Assembly (NCBI GenBank): GCA_050117845.1
Contig: JASFLY010000026.1
Span: forward strand, 1-35,784
Length of the DNA: 35,784 nucleotides
From: Candidatus Zixiibacteriota bacterium
GTDB lineage: Bacteria > RBG-13-66-14 > B26-G2 > WVWN01
Direction: 5' to 3'
Shown here: piece by piece, positions 35,038-35,784 of the stretch
How the letters are laid out: every line of letters begins with the position of its first letter
Position numbering within the stretch: the first letter of the stretch is position 1
Translations under genes and position numbers: made by a program
Notes under the pieces: generated by a model
The model's input: the letters and a program-made list of their open reading frames with translations, nothing else
Databases searched by the model: none
Told to the model about the DNA's origin: nothing

Positions 35038-35784
35038 CGCTGCTTCCTTTCCGCGTTAACACGTTCAACGCCGCCGCCACGACGGCTTCGGGTTTCAAAT
35101 TGCGCAGGCACGGGCTGACGCCGTCCTTCTTCGCCTTCGGGCACGGCAGGTGGCCGTGGATGAAGCACGGCGTGCACGACTTCAGGCCGAGCCACTTCCG
35201 CTTCTTCCCCTCGAGCGTAGTGCACCCCGGGTAGTACTTCGTCCGCACCGCCCCCGGGAACGGCCCGTACAGCGCGACCGTCGGTACGCCCAGGGCCCCG
35301 GCGAAGTGGACGAGGCCGGAGTCCGGCCCGATTAGCAGGTCCATCTTCGACAGGAAGGCCGCGGTGTAGTCCATCGACCGGAACCGGCCGCACAGGTTCG
35401 TCACGTTCTTCAGCTTAACCAGCGTCTCGCGGTCGACGCCGACGATGTCGTCCCAGTCGCGCTTCGTCCCCAGCAGGAACACCTTGGCGCCGCCGATTCC
35501 CAGCGCCGCGGCCACGCGCAGGCTGTTCTCCGGCGGGTAGTTGCGGACCACGGACGACGCCCGCAAGTGAACGGCGACCTTCACGTCCTCCGGCTTCACG
35601 TCGAGTTCGTAACGGAGGACGTTCTTCGCCTTGTTGGCGAGCTGGTCGTCGACGTTGTACTCGAGCGTCCGGTCCTGCATGTCGTCGACGCCGGCGTGCC
35701 GGGCGAAGAGATCGACGGCGTGCAGTTCCGGGTCCACGCTTTCCTCGACCGTCCCCTCGAAGCAAAGCTGGTAGTCGTACGAGG
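35024..35784 (-). CDS. Glycosyltransferase family 9 (heptosyltransferase-like), 5' end outside the window
   Basis: AS...RNYP, NLCG and DLLIGPDSGLVHFAGALGVPTVALYGP, plus C.PC. The frame stays open upstream of 35737 (SYDYQLCFEGTVEES) to the window edge. Confidence 0.88.
   Translation of the reverse strand, partial: SYDYQLCFEGTVEESVDPELHAVDLFARHAGVDDMQDRTLEYNVDDQLANKAKNVLRYELDVKPEDVKVAVHLRASSVVRNYPPENSLRVAAALGIGGAKVFLLGTKRDWDDIVGVDRETLVKLKNVTNLCGRFRSMDYTAAFLSKMDLLIGPDSGLVHFAGALGVPTVALYGPFPGAVRTKYYPGCTTLEGKKRKWLGLKSCTPCFIHGHLPCPKAKKDGVSPCLRNLKPEAVVAAALNVLTRKGSSDADS

Larger units (their letters stand above)
19177..35784 (-). mobile_element. Prophage (contractile-tailed, myovirus-like), lysis/tail end; continues past the right edge
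   Basis: Co-oriented neck, sheath, tube, chaperone, tape measure, baseplate, fibre, holin and endolysin genes ending near a truncated tRNA with arm-like repeats. The left boundary is inferred. Confidence 0.8.

Noticed and set aside
354..35765. Long antisense or alternate-frame ORFs (e.g. 354..1352, 8608..9813, 26771..28882, 29694..30803, 32023..33162)
   Set aside because: Shadow ORFs expected in high-GC DNA; they overlap well-supported genes and lack recognisable motifs.

Overview
GC-rich bacterial window in three parts. (1) 1-9.8 kb, host chromosome: a REP-like palindrome cluster, a buk-iorA-iorB-ptb operon (2-oxoacid to acyl-CoA to ATP), a secreted-protein gene flanked by two copies of a hairpin-rich A-B-A repeat, an ABC-2 exporter and a duplicated TPR protein. 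(2) 9.8-19.1 kb, a secreted protease island. A near-identical promoter + 5'UTR + signal-peptide module occurs three times. It drives a stand-alone copy of a protease N-terminal (pro)domain and two diverged beta-propeller paralogs. A papain-like cysteine protease and a 1320-aa gingipain(C25)/FG-GAP/T9SS-CTD-like protein follow. (3) From 19.14 kb to the right edge, a probable prophage. Its end is marked by the 5' half of a tRNA-Ser(UGA), still behind an intact promoter, followed by a terminator and tandem arm-like repeats. Next come two host-like secreted cargo genes, a lysis cassette, a complete contractile-tail module with a -1 frameshift chaperone, a neck gene, and a SAM methyltransferase plus GT9 glycosyltransferase embedded in the virion operon. 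Head genes and the integrase lie outside the window. All product calls come from motif recognition by eye; no database search was run.
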